A DNA stretch of 64,000 nt, from assembly GCA_045863855.1 (NCBI GenBank), contig BTVV01000004.1, positions 32,001-96,000 on the forward strand, in the 5' to 3' direction. Made by a program: the position numbers and the translations under genes. Under the pieces are notes generated by a model. It worked only from the letters and a program-made list of their open reading frames with translations, ran no database searches and was not told where the DNA came from. Positions 40,776-50,295 of this stretch are shown piece by piece; position 1 is the stretch's first letter; each line of letters starts with the position of its first letter. The DNA comes from Planctomycetota bacterium (GTDB taxonomy: Bacteria; Planctomycetota; SZUA-567; H5-PLA8).

Positions 40776-43106
40776 ATGGCCTTACCCCTTTCGCAGCACT
40801 TAGTTAATATTCCGGCGCTCCGCACCAAACTTGCGCGCGCCGAAGAACGCGGCAGCCGCATGGGGCGCGTCTGGAAATACTTGAAGCGGGTTTCGCGCGC
40901 GCAGCCCCAGGCGCATCCCTGGCTCCTTCCTTTAGTTGCGCTGGTCGAAGAAGACGCCGACCTCACCGCCCGAGCCAAGCGCGCGATCCAACAAGGCCTC
41001 GCGACATACGAAACGGTCGGCGCGGCGTGGTACTTGAACAACATCTGGTGCTTCTCTTTCCCCTTGGCGCGGTGGGCGCTCTGGTTCGATCTCCTGCGCC
41101 GCAACGGCGCCTACGACGAGGCCGAAGCGCACGCGCTGGCGGGGCGTTTTCTCTTGCAGCAGTACCGCGACGGGCATTCGGTCCTGCTCTGCAAGCCCTA
41201 TCCGGAATGCGTGGACAATCAGGCCGCCGCGCTGGTGCTCTCCTCGTATCTCGTCGGCACGCTGCTGGCCGATGCGCCGGGCGGAGGGCATCTGGCGCGC
41301 TTTCTGCGCGCCGAGTCCGCGCCACGCCTAGGCGCCATGATCGGCGGAATGCCGCCGGGCGGGTACACGGGCGAAGGCAGCACCTACCAGACGCAGATCG
41401 TTTCTTTCGCCGTCCCCCTGATCGTCGAAGCCTTGGAACACCTCACCGGCGAGGACCATTTCGCCCGGCCGCTTCCGCCGCAAGGCACCAGCGCCTTCGA
41501 CATTCTGCGCATGACCAAACGGCTCTGGATGCCCGGAGGAACGGTGCTGCCGTGGGACGATTACGGCTACCAGTTCAGCATCCGCTGGCCATTGGCCTAC
41601 TTCGCTCACCGCACCGGCGATCCAGCCTGCCTGGACCTTTTGGAGCACACCGCCAACTGGTCGCGGGTGATACTCGACAACGCCGGCTGGGGTCAGGACG
41701 AACCGCTCTGGACCTTGATTCACTGGCCCGAATCGGACGAGTTGCGCCGGCCAGTTCGGCACGCGTCCTGGGTAAGCTGGGACGATGGCGGCTGCCTGGT
41801 CTCGCCCGACGGCAGCCGCTACGCCATGCAGATGTGGGACCCCACCAGCGCGCTGCCGATTCGCGGCCACGTCAACCCCAACAGCCTGATCTTCGCGGTC
41901 GACGGCATCCCCGTCTCGGCCGACGGTTCGTTCGCGCCGGGTAAGCAGCCGCTGAAGTTTCCGGGCGCGACGCATACCCGCATCTTCGGGCCGGGCGAAC
42001 ACCAGACGCTGGACGTTTCCAAGGGCTGCGGCGGCGGGCACAACGCGATCCTGCTCGATGGGAACGAAGCGCTGCGCCCGAGGGACGGCTACGAGCGCTC
42101 GTACCTTGCCGATTTCAACGCGGAGCGCGCGGTGCTAACTGGCGACGTGACCGGCCTTTACCGCAGCGTTTACCCCGACGCGCTATGCATCCGCCGCTCC
42201 ACGCGCCTGATCGAAAACCGTTTCTGGCTGGTCGAAGATTACGCCGCCTTCGAAGCAGCGCACGAATTCACCAGTCGCTGGTTCTTCCGGCCCGGTGCGC
42301 AACCCGCACCCGACGGCGTGGACGTGACGACGCCCGAAGGCGTGGTCTTGCAGATGCGCAACCTGCTGGGTTCGGCCCATGCCGCGATCCGGCGCCTCGA
42401 CGGATATCCCAAAGCGCCCGACGAATGCAGCGACCTCGTGGATTTCGTGCTCGGCGGAGCCGCCTGCGAAGCGCGCTGGCTTTGGCTCGTCTGGCCCTCA
42501 TGCGATCGATCCGTAAGCCTGGAGTTGGACACGGGCTGGCGCGCTCGCCCGGTGCCGGCAGATGCCGAATGGACCGCACTCACCGCGGGCGACGGCCGAA
42601 CCTACCCCCTTCAGCCCGGGCTCCCGCCACTCCTGCAGGCCGACGTTCCCGCCACGGCCGTCTGGGGCTTCGACCGCCGCATTCCGGTACCCGCCACGCA
42701 ACGCTGGTGGCTGCGCCTACCCCGCGGCATCGGACAAGCCACGAAGCTTTGGATCGATGGCCGCGAAGTCCCCATCGCCTTCGTGCCTTCCGGAGCGGAC
42801 CTGTTGCCCACCTTCGTCCCCGCGCCGTCCGAGACCCAAGGCCGTTCGGAGATTCACGTCGCGCTGCGGATCGAATACTTCATGGGCGGCACACGCAAAG
42901 ACGCTTTGACCTGCGTGGCCGACGGGGCTCCGGCCGTCTGCGTCGAAGACCGCGCGGCCCCGCGCATCGCGAGCGCGCGTTACGAAGACGGCTATGTCCT
43001 CCTGACCACCACCGACGGCGCGCAGTTCAAGGCGGCGCACAAGCTGATGCCGCGCACCCGCGAACGCGCCCGCGATCCCGTTCACGCCGGAGCGCTAGAC
43101 GCATGA
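40776..43106 (+). CDS. Heparinase II/III-like polysaccharide lyase fold protein, no signal peptide (776 aa)
   Basis: DNQAA, GYTGEGSTYQ (EGxxY), LPWDD, GHVNPNSLIF, GHNAILLDG, RFWLVEDY; ATG at 40776 after AAGGA. Confidence 0.7.
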   Translation: MALPLSQHLVNIPALRTKLARAEERGSRMGRVWKYLKRVSRAQPQAHPWLLPLVALVEEDADLTARAKRAIQQGLATYETVGAAWYLNNIWCFSFPLARWALWFDLLRRNGAYDEAEAHALAGRFLLQQYRDGHSVLLCKPYPECVDNQAAALVLSSYLVGTLLADAPGGGHLARFLRAESAPRLGAMIGGMPPGGYTGEGSTYQTQIVSFAVPLIVEALEHLTGEDHFARPLPPQGTSAFDILRMTKRLWMPGGTVLPWDDYGYQFSIRWPLAYFAHRTGDPACLDLLEHTANWSRVILDNAGWGQDEPLWTLIHWPESDELRRPVRHASWVSWDDGGCLVSPDGSRYAMQMWDPTSALPIRGHVNPNSLIFAVDGIPVSADGSFAPGKQPLKFPGATHTRIFGPGEHQTLDVSKGCGGGHNAILLDGNEALRPRDGYERSYLADFNAERAVLTGDVTGLYRSVYPDALCIRRSTRLIENRFWLVEDYAAFEAAHEFTSRWFFRPGAQPAPDGVDVTTPEGVVLQMRNLLGSAHAAIRRLDGYPKAPDECSDLVDFVLGGAACEARWLWLVWPSCDRSVSLELDTGWRARPVPADAEWTALTAGDGRTYPLQPGLPPLLQADVPATAVWGFDRRIPVPATQRWWLRLPRGIGQATKLWIDGREVPIAFVPSGADLLPTFVPAPSETQGRSEIHVALRIEYFMGGTRKDALTCVADGAPAVCVEDRAAPRIASARYEDGYVLLTTTDGAQFKAAHKLMPRTRERARDPVHAGALDA

Positions 43107-43648
43107 ATCCCACCAGCACGCTGGACTTTTTTCTGCGCGTGGACGGCCTCTTTGCACCCGACGCGCCGCTCGAGGCCCTCCACGTGGCGCTTCACGACGA
43201 ACGCTGGGAACTTCAGCAAGCGGCGCTGCATGCCTTGAGTTTGCGCGCCGAATCGATTTCGATTGCGCCGATCGTGGATCTGATCGCACGGCACGAATAC
43301 ACCGACCGTTACGGGAACCAGGAAACGGCCGCCCCGAACCCGCTGGGTCTGACCATCCAGAAGTGCCGCTACCGTGTGACGCAGGCCGCCTGCCATGCGC
43401 TCGCCGCCATCGCCGCAGGCGGCGCCGCCGAAGCCGTGCAGCGCCACGCCGGCGCGTGGCTCTGCCGGACCGCGATCAATCAGGAAGAGGATTATCCGGT
43501 TCGCGCCGCGGCCTCGGGAGCATTGGGGTATCTGAGTGGCGAAACCGTTCGGACGGCTCTCGAACGGGCCAAGCTCGATACCGAATGGTGTACGGCCGCG
43601 TGGGCGCGCAAGTCCCTCGCCCGGATGGAAGCCGCCGCCGCCCCTTGA
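43103..43648 (+). CDS. Small HEAT-repeat protein (181 aa)
   Basis: Start MNPTSTLDFF overlaps the upstream stop (ATGA); LHDERWELQQAALHALS, EEDYPVRAAASGALG HEAT motifs. The ORF-track extension to 42185 is a shadow. Confidence 0.8.
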   Translation: MNPTSTLDFFLRVDGLFAPDAPLEALHVALHDERWELQQAALHALSLRAESISIAPIVDLIARHEYTDRYGNQETAAPNPLGLTIQKCRYRVTQAACHALAAIAAGGAAEAVQRHAGAWLCRTAINQEEDYPVRAAASGALGYLSGETVRTALERAKLDTEWCTAAWARKSLARMEAAAAP

Positions 43649-43670
43649 TGCGCATCCGGAGGAACCGCTC

Positions 43671-45974
43671 ATGACGCAGCGAACGCGAGCACGCTATCGA
43701 ACGCTCGTCGTGCTGCTCCTGCCGGCCTTGGGGTTGGGCGCCGCCGAAGCGGCGCGCGCGGGCTCGACGGAGCCTTACGAGCGCGCGGCGCTTCAGAACT
43801 ATCTCCTCGAACGACTCGCGCAGGACAAACGCCTGTCGCTGCTGCTCCCCTTAGAGCCCGGAAAGCTCAGCCGCGGCACGATCCTTAAAGGCGACGCGGA
43901 GAAACTCTTCGTCGAGGCGCGCGGAGGCAAGTTCGACCTGTCCTGGGCGCTGATCGGCGATGCCGAGTTCTGCCAGATGCTGTACGGACTGGCCGAATCG
44001 ATGCCCAGTTCGGCCCAGATTCAGTACCTCTGCTTCGCTCAAGCGGTGGGCCTGCATAAGACCAAGCCCTACGAATCGCTGCTCCAGAAGCTTTGGGGCA
44101 CTGACGCTTCCGCCGCCAAAGAAGTCAAAGCCGCCTGGGACGCAGATACGTCTGCGGCACCCGAAGCCGAAGCGTCACCCGGCGCCGTCGCGCCGGAGCA
44201 AACGGCTCAGACCGGCTCCACGCGCCCGCGCGCCGATCCGCTGGCCGACTGGTGGAGCGGAGTCGTGGACTCGAACGGGAAGGTTCATGTCGCGGCCTAT
44301 CGGAAAGAAGCGCTGGCCTGCGACGTCGCCAGCCTAAACCGGAAGCTGGGGCCGGACTATGCTTTCTTTCAGAGCGGTAAGCACGATGAAAAATTCCCCG
44401 ACGTCTACCTGCGCCCGATCCTGAACAACCCGCACGGGAAAAAAGGAAAGGGCTCGGACTACCACTTGGGCGAGCCCATGAAAGATCCCGGGCGCTATTT
44501 CTCGACCTTCGGACAGGCGGGCTACCTGCCCGACGATCTGGCCAAGCCGGGGCTCGACCGCATGCACTTTCTCTCGGCGGGACACAATTGTATCTCGTTC
44601 AAGCCCGAGCACAGTTGGCTGGAACGCGCGCGCCCAGACCCCGGCATCGCGCGCTGGCCAGCCGGCGACGGCTACCAGCCCGTCGCGATGATCCGCAGCC
44701 ACTGCATGTGGAATTGCGACGCGCTCGTCGTCTTCCGCAACGGCGTGATCGGAGCGACGGGGAACTTCACCAGCCATGACACGCATCCGTTTGTGCAGCT
44801 TCCCGCACATAAGGTTCCGGTGGCCATCGGCATTACGAACCGAAGCGAGTTCGCGGTCGTCGCGGTCTGGGATGTAAATGAGCTGAAAGGGCAACTGGCC
44901 GTGATCGCCTTGGGCGGAATGCATAAGACGGGGCTCATGGCGCTGTGGGACTGGCACTATTCGCACCCGGGCCTCTTTAACCTGGGCGGTTATCACTTCA
45001 TGAAGCTGCTGGGCTACGTCGATCTGCCGGGCATGGCCGCGCCCTCGGCACTGATCGCCTGCGGGAATCACGGCGAGATGCGCTTCATCAACGACATGGA
45101 CGGAAACTGGATGACCTACCATGCCGGCGAAAAGGTGAAACTCGAGGACCCCAAGTGGCGGCAGAAGTTTTGGGACGGCGACAACAAAACCGTGACGCAG
45201 ACGGCCGGCTACGTCGCGGTGGTGAGCCGTTACGAGAAGAAAATCGCGTTCGTGGACCTGGAGCCGCTCTTTGCGTACTACCGCGAGATGTATTTCACGA
45301 CCCAGGAGCGCTACGAAAAAACGCGCAAGCAAGGACCGGCCCCGGACGAATGGCCGTATGCGTTCGAGCACGAGCCGAAGCAGATGCCCAAGCTGGTGAA
45401 GGTCGAGAAGATTCCCTACAAGTACCCGCCCACCGCGGTGATGGCGCGGCTCGAAGCCGGGAAGGACGGCTGGGTCGCGATGACGACGGTGGACGGGCGC
45501 TGCTTCGTCTACCGCATCGCCGGATTGGGCGCCGAAGGCCCGGTGGCGCCTCAGGAGATACGGGCCGTCGGGTCGTTCGAAGTGGGCAAGAATCCGGTGC
45601 AACTCGCCTTCAAGAACGGCCGGCACGTGCGGGACGAGTTTCTGCTGGTCAGCCGCGGCTCACGTGAAATCCAATGGATCAAGATTAACGGCGACGGCGG
45701 AAGCGTGACCAAACGCCTGCGCGACTCGCGGCTCGTCGATCCCGTCTGCGTGGACGACGCCGACAACAACGGATCGAGCGTGCCGGTGATTACCGTTGCG
45801 GACTTCAAAAGCCGCCTGGTGGTTAACTACCGCTACGGCATAGCCAACCTGAACACAAACGGAGTGAAGCAAACCTTCGGGCTTGGACCGGACGGCAAGG
45901 ACGAGTTCGAATGCGGCGGCGGCATGGCCTTCCCCGGCCATCCGTTTCTCGTCAGCGGCGCTAACCTGCCCTGA
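43671..45974 (+). CDS. Secreted hypothetical protein, probable C-terminal beta-propeller (767 aa)
   Basis: GGAGG RBS, signal peptide MTQRTRARYRTLVVLLLPALGLGAAEAARA; Ala/Pro linker; beta-rich blade-like segments (KVPVAIGIT...VAVWD, VGKNPVQLAF). Confidence 0.75.
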   Translation: MTQRTRARYRTLVVLLLPALGLGAAEAARAGSTEPYERAALQNYLLERLAQDKRLSLLLPLEPGKLSRGTILKGDAEKLFVEARGGKFDLSWALIGDAEFCQMLYGLAESMPSSAQIQYLCFAQAVGLHKTKPYESLLQKLWGTDASAAKEVKAAWDADTSAAPEAEASPGAVAPEQTAQTGSTRPRADPLADWWSGVVDSNGKVHVAAYRKEALACDVASLNRKLGPDYAFFQSGKHDEKFPDVYLRPILNNPHGKKGKGSDYHLGEPMKDPGRYFSTFGQAGYLPDDLAKPGLDRMHFLSAGHNCISFKPEHSWLERARPDPGIARWPAGDGYQPVAMIRSHCMWNCDALVVFRNGVIGATGNFTSHDTHPFVQLPAHKVPVAIGITNRSEFAVVAVWDVNELKGQLAVIALGGMHKTGLMALWDWHYSHPGLFNLGGYHFMKLLGYVDLPGMAAPSALIACGNHGEMRFINDMDGNWMTYHAGEKVKLEDPKWRQKFWDGDNKTVTQTAGYVAVVSRYEKKIAFVDLEPLFAYYREMYFTTQERYEKTRKQGPAPDEWPYAFEHEPKQMPKLVKVEKIPYKYPPTAVMARLEAGKDGWVAMTTVDGRCFVYRIAGLGAEGPVAPQEIRAVGSFEVGKNPVQLAFKNGRHVRDEFLLVSRGSREIQWIKINGDGGSVTKRLRDSRLVDPVCVDDADNNGSSVPVITVADFKSRLVVNYRYGIANLNTNGVKQTFGLGPDGKDEFECGGGMAFPGHPFLVSGANLP

Positions 45975-46016
45975 GGGGAAGCGGAAAGAGCGTCGGTTAT
46001 TGCATGCATCGCTGCA

Positions 46017-46045
46017 GACCCCTCGGCTGCGCGGGCCGAGGGGTC
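46017..46045. terminator. Perfect 11-bp hairpin between convergent genes (possible bidirectional terminator)
   Basis: GACCCCTCGGC-N7-GCCGAGGGGTC; no clear U-tract. Confidence 0.5.
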
Positions 46046-46052
46046 CGGCGCA

Positions 46053-49000
46053 TCAGCGTTTCACAATCACCTTCACCGTGTCGGTATCCGCGTCGTCTCC
46101 GTCGTGGACCGTGACGCGCAGCACGTAGGTACCGGGCTTGGAGAAAGTGGCTTCGGGCTGTTCCGCTTCGGGCGTGCAATTGTCCGAGAAGGTCACCACG
46201 CCAGGACCGCTGACTTTGGTCCAGATGTAGATCATCTCGTCCGGAGCTTCGTCCGCATCTTCCGCGGCCACCCCCAGGACCGTCGAACCCGCCACCTTGA
46301 TTCGCGCCGGCGAGGCCCACGGACTGCTGATGATCTCTGGTGGCGTATTGGCCAGCTTGCCGGCGACGGCCCCCTGGAAATTCCGGCTCGCCAGGTTCGC
46401 GCTCACAGTAACCGTATTCGTGAAATTGGACGGGGTGAAGGTATAACCGGAAAGGCTGGCAGTCAGCGTGTAGGTGCCGGCCGGCACGCCGCTGAGCGTA
46501 TAGGTCCACTTCTTGTTCTTGCCACTACCGGTCAGTTTGCTGGTCGTGCTGCGCGTGCCGTCGCTGACGGTGACGGCCTGGGCCACGCCCAGGATTTCAC
46601 CCGAGATCGTATAGGAGGTGGTGCCGCCGCCCGCCGCGAAGTTAATCCCGCTGCGGTTGCTGGTGACGGAGAGCGGGTTGGTCCAGCCGCTGGGTACGAG
46701 CGTGTAACCGGTAAGCGTCGCCGTGAGCGTGTAGCTTCCCTGCGGGACGTTGGAGAGCGTGTAGACCCAGCGCCTGTTTTTCCCGCTGCCGGATTGGTAG
46801 GAAGTCGTGCTGCGGGTTCCGTCGCTGATCGTGACGGAAGCCGTCACGCCGGTGATTTCGCCGCTGATGCTGTAGACCGGAGCCACGAAATTACGCGCGG
46901 TGAGGTTCGCGCCCGCCACCGTCACCGGATTGCTCCAGCCGCTGGGATTGTAGTTCAATCCCGATTTGACGGCGGTCAGCGTATAGGTGCCGTTGGGCAC
47001 GTTGGCGATGGTAAAGGTGCCGTTGGAGGCCGTAAGCACCGAGCGTGTGCCGTCGCTGACCGTGACGCCCGAGACCGCCACGCCAGCCGACGTGACGGTG
47101 CCGGCGATGGAGTAGGTGGGGATCGACCCGGTAAAGTTGATGCCCGTGGCGCTGGGACCGACCACTACGGGGTTCGTGAAGCCCGAGGCGCTGAACGTAT
47201 AGCCGTACTTCACGGCGCCGACGGTAAACGATCCGGCGGGCAAGCCAGCGAGTTCGTAGTTGCCGTCGCTGTCGGTCCAAACGGTGCGGTAATTGGCATC
47301 CGTCGTTCCCAGACCGTTATGCACGCGAACGCCTTCCACGGGCGCGCCGCTATGGGTAATACGACCGGCGATCCGGTAAGTACCCGGGGCTCCGACCGTG
47401 ACGACTACATAGTCGCTTGCCACGCCGCCCTTCATGTCACTGACCGTGCAGCGGACCACGTATTCTTTAGCCGTCGTCCAGCTCTTGCTGGCCGTGGCGG
47501 CATTGGCACCGAAGGTGGTGTCGCCAAAGTCCCAGAAGTAGGCGAGCGTGTCGCCGTTGGCGTCGGACGCGCTGGCCGTGAAGTTGACCGCCACGCCGGT
47601 GCCCACCGCGGTCGCGCTTGCGGAAAGATTCAGCGACGGGGCGCTGTTGCCCGAGAAGGCGCCGATGTTGACGACCACATCGATCGACTCAGGCGAAGTC
47701 CCGCCTTTGCGGATGGGCGTAATGTGAATACCCGCGCTCGTATCGGAGAAGGTTCGTCCGATCACCACCGCCGAGTCGCTCTTGCCGCTGGACGTTCCGG
47801 GCGTGGTGTCCAGCAAGTGGCTGCCGGAGTTGCTGCTGGCCCAGGGATCCCAATGCAGGTCCACGCCGCTCATCAGCCAGCGATTGGACGTGAACTTCTG
47901 GCGAAAGTTCAACCAGTAATCGCGGTCGGCGTCCTTGCGGATCTTTAACGCATAGGGCGTTCCCGAGACGAGGTTCGCGTGGTCGAACGAGGTGATGCGG
48001 TAGGTGCCGCTGGCGGTGATCGTGGTCACGTTGGTGGTGGGGAGCCAGTCGAGCCGGTTTTTCTCGTAGGCGTTGAAGTGGTAGGCACCGGCATTGGCCG
48101 AACCCATCGTGTCGAAGCTGTCGCCGTATTCGTTGTTGCTGCCGGGGCCGATGACGCTGTCGCCGGTGGCCGTCCAGTAGTTGGCATGCCAGAGGCCGAA
48201 GTTGTGCCCGAACTCGTGCGCCGCGACGCCGGCCGTGGCGCTCTTGAGCCAGCAGCCGCGCGCGCCGACGTAAGCCTGCCCGCCGTAACTACCCGGACCG
48301 CCCTTCCAGCAGACGGCGTCGAGGTTGTAAGCGGTGTAATCGTATCCCGCGCTGGAAGCGGCGGAGCGTGCGTGACTGTACAGGGTCATGTCGCCGTTGG
48401 TGATGTAGTAGGACTCCGGGTTGGGCAGGGTCAGCAATGGCGTGAAGGTCGAAGTCATAGTCGTCGCGCCGTAGCTGTTTTCCGCGATGAACGATGCGCA
48501 GCCGTTCATCATGTTCGTCAGCGTCGCGTCGCTGTGGTAATTGGTCGTCGTGTCCGAGAACTTGATATTGATGATCAGCACGGTCTTGTTGCCGGTGGTC
48601 CAGGCCGACTGAGCGATGACCTCTCCACCCGAACCGCCCGAGCCGCCTTCCTGCGCGATGAGCTGCTCTTCGAGCGGGAGAATGTGCCCGCCGCTGCAAA
48701 GGTAGTAGATCACTCCACCGGCATCGACGGCTACCTCGCGCGATGCGATCTTCGAGATTGGACAGCGCGTTTCTTCGTTGGCGACCGGAAGCTTCGGATC
48801 GGGAACTTCGCCCTTCGCCAGCACACGCAAGGGGCTGGCGCTCAACGCCATCTGCTTATCCAGCACCACGCCGTGCAGCGGGATGCCCGAACGCGTCGTC
48901 TGGGTGAGGCGGCGGCCGTAGACGTGCGCCTGATAGCGCTGTCCATCCACATCCACGAAGCGCCGGATCGGCGGCTCGCCGCTGTCCGGATCGACCAAGG

Positions 49001-49514
49001 CCGCTACGACGGAGAAGTCGCCTTTGGCGTCGATCCAGCGTTCCATTTGCCCGCGCACGGCATCGGGAAGCTGCTTGGCCTTGAATGCAGGCACCGCATG
49101 CTCCAGCGCCCGTTCGGGCGCCGCAGGAATCAAACGCGCCATGATGGCGCGGCGCCGCGGGGCCAAGCGTGCGCCTTCTTCCGCCAAAGCCGGGCGAGAT
49201 TCCTCGGCGGCTTCCAGGTAGCGTTCGGTCCAGGCCGTAAATTCGGCCAGAACCTGCTCGTCGGAGGCATCCACCACCGGATCCGGCGCCCGCTCTTCGC
49301 TTCCGGCCACCAAGGTCGGCTGTTGAACTTGGACGGGGGCCGGCAACAGAGCCGGAGTCTGCTCAAGCCGTTCCCGACCGTTCAGGAAAGCCAGCAAGCT
49401 CAGCCCAAGGCAGAAAACCAAGGCTGCCAAGGCCGTCCATGCCGCAGTTCGGCGAGCTTCTACCTGTTGCACAGGTGCGCCCTCCTGAATCCGTTCCTTT
49501 TTGCCATCCTTCAT
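46053..49514 (-). CDS. Secreted/anchored metzincin metalloprotease (M11/M6-like) with PKD and four carboxypeptidase-regulatory-like Ig repeats
   Basis: N-terminal TM and prodomain; HEFGHNFGLWH zinc motif; EYGDSFDTMG Met-turn; YFWDFGD PKD; four Y(R/S/T)I(A/S)G...YTLTA...GY...N repeats; C-terminal WTKVSGPG...FSKPGTYVLRVTV domain. Confidence 0.88.
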   Translation of the reverse strand: MKDGKKERIQEGAPVQQVEARRTAAWTALAALVFCLGLSLLAFLNGRERLEQTPALLPAPVQVQQPTLVAGSEERAPDPVVDASDEQVLAEFTAWTERYLEAAEESRPALAEEGARLAPRRRAIMARLIPAAPERALEHAVPAFKAKQLPDAVRGQMERWIDAKGDFSVVAALVDPDSGEPPIRRFVDVDGQRYQAHVYGRRLTQTTRSGIPLHGVVLDKQMALSASPLRVLAKGEVPDPKLPVANEETRCPISKIASREVAVDAGGVIYYLCSGGHILPLEEQLIAQEGGSGGSGGEVIAQSAWTTGNKTVLIINIKFSDTTTNYHSDATLTNMMNGCASFIAENSYGATTMTSTFTPLLTLPNPESYYITNGDMTLYSHARSAASSAGYDYTAYNLDAVCWKGGPGSYGGQAYVGARGCWLKSATAGVAAHEFGHNFGLWHANYWTATGDSVIGPGSNNEYGDSFDTMGSANAGAYHFNAYEKNRLDWLPTTNVTTITASGTYRITSFDHANLVSGTPYALKIRKDADRDYWLNFRQKFTSNRWLMSGVDLHWDPWASSNSGSHLLDTTPGTSSGKSDSAVVIGRTFSDTSAGIHITPIRKGGTSPESIDVVVNIGAFSGNSAPSLNLSASATAVGTGVAVNFTASASDANGDTLAYFWDFGDTTFGANAATASKSWTTAKEYVVRCTVSDMKGGVASDYVVVTVGAPGTYRIAGRITHSGAPVEGVRVHNGLGTTDANYRTVWTDSDGNYELAGLPAGSFTVGAVKYGYTFSASGFTNPVVVGPSATGINFTGSIPTYSIAGTVTSAGVAVSGVTVSDGTRSVLTASNGTFTIANVPNGTYTLTAVKSGLNYNPSGWSNPVTVAGANLTARNFVAPVYSISGEITGVTASVTISDGTRSTTSYQSGSGKNRRWVYTLSNVPQGSYTLTATLTGYTLVPSGWTNPLSVTSNRSGINFAAGGGTTSYTISGEILGVAQAVTVSDGTRSTTSKLTGSGKNKKWTYTLSGVPAGTYTLTASLSGYTFTPSNFTNTVTVSANLASRNFQGAVAGKLANTPPEIISSPWASPARIKVAGSTVLGVAAEDADEAPDEMIYIWTKVSGPGVVTFSDNCTPEAEQPEATFSKPGTYVLRVTVHDGDDADTDTVKVIVKR

Positions 49515-49719
49515 GGGTCGTCTCCCGTGAGGCCCTTAAAACGCGTGTCCAAGCATGTTCGCAGTGCGGCACGTGTGACTACAAATTCTCCAAACAATGC
49601 CCGCTTGAGGTCGTAAGTGTGGTGCACGGGTTGAGGCTGCGGCTTACGCAATCCATCCACTTATTCGCAAATCGGCGTCACGGCCGGTCGGCTGGTGACA
49701 TGCCTAGGTAGGGAACGCC

Positions 49720-50295
49720 ATGGCGGAAGTCTCGGACTTGCCCGATTTGGTCGAGTCTGCCCGCCAAGGGGACGTGCGCGCTTTCGAAGCCTTGGTGGTG
49801 CGCTTCGGTCCCGCGGTACGCGCCATGTGCATGCTGCGTGCTGCCGATCCCGAGTGGGCCGATGATCTGAGCCAGCAGGTGTTTCTCACGGCTTGGCGCC
49901 GCATGTCCGAATTGCGCCCCCACTCGAACTTCTGGGCTTGGTTGGAGTCGATTGCCCGCAACCACCTCTTGAATGAGTGGCGGCGGATCCAGCGGGAGCG
50001 GGGCTTTAAGCAGCGCTACACGGTCGCTTGGCTGGCGCAGCAGGAGTCGATCGCGGAGACGGAACAGCCGGGCGATCTGTTGGCGCGCACCGGCGCTTTG
50101 AACGCCTGCCTGGAGCAGTTACCGGAACACTTAAGGAAGATGGTTTCGATGCGTTACGCGGACGGCTGCACTTCGGATCAGATCGCCGACGAGTTGGGCG
50201 GATCGGCCGATTCGGTCCGCCAGACGCTCGTCCGCCTGCGTGACAAACTTCGCGATTGCATCGAGCAGCGGCGTAGAGGGACGCAGCTCTCATGA
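49720..50295 (+). CDS. ECF sigma-70 factor (Rhodopirellula/Verrucomicrobium-type)
   Basis: GDVRAFEALV, ADDLSQQVFLTAW, WLESIARN, CLEQLPEHLRKMVSMRY...IADELG...VRQTLVRLRDKLRDCIE. Confidence 0.92.
   Translation: MAEVSDLPDLVESARQGDVRAFEALVVRFGPAVRAMCMLRAADPEWADDLSQQVFLTAWRRMSELRPHSNFWAWLESIARNHLLNEWRRIQRERGFKQRYTVAWLAQQESIAETEQPGDLLARTGALNACLEQLPEHLRKMVSMRYADGCTSDQIADELGGSADSVRQTLVRLRDKLRDCIEQRRRGTQLS

Noticed and set aside
42185..43102. Long 5' extension of the HEAT ORF overlapping the lyase gene (possible frameshift or fusion)
   Set aside because: The extension is Arg-rich noise; the ATGA overlap at 43103 explains the real start.
46380..47380. Repeated DNA segments such as GTCGCTGAC...GTGACG
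   Set aside because: These are coding repeats of the protease Ig-like domains, not a CRISPR array; there is no repeat-spacer regularity and no cas genes.
46104..49616. 614-aa and 545-aa + strand ORFs
   Set aside because: Antisense to the metalloprotease, which has clear motifs; no independent coding signal.
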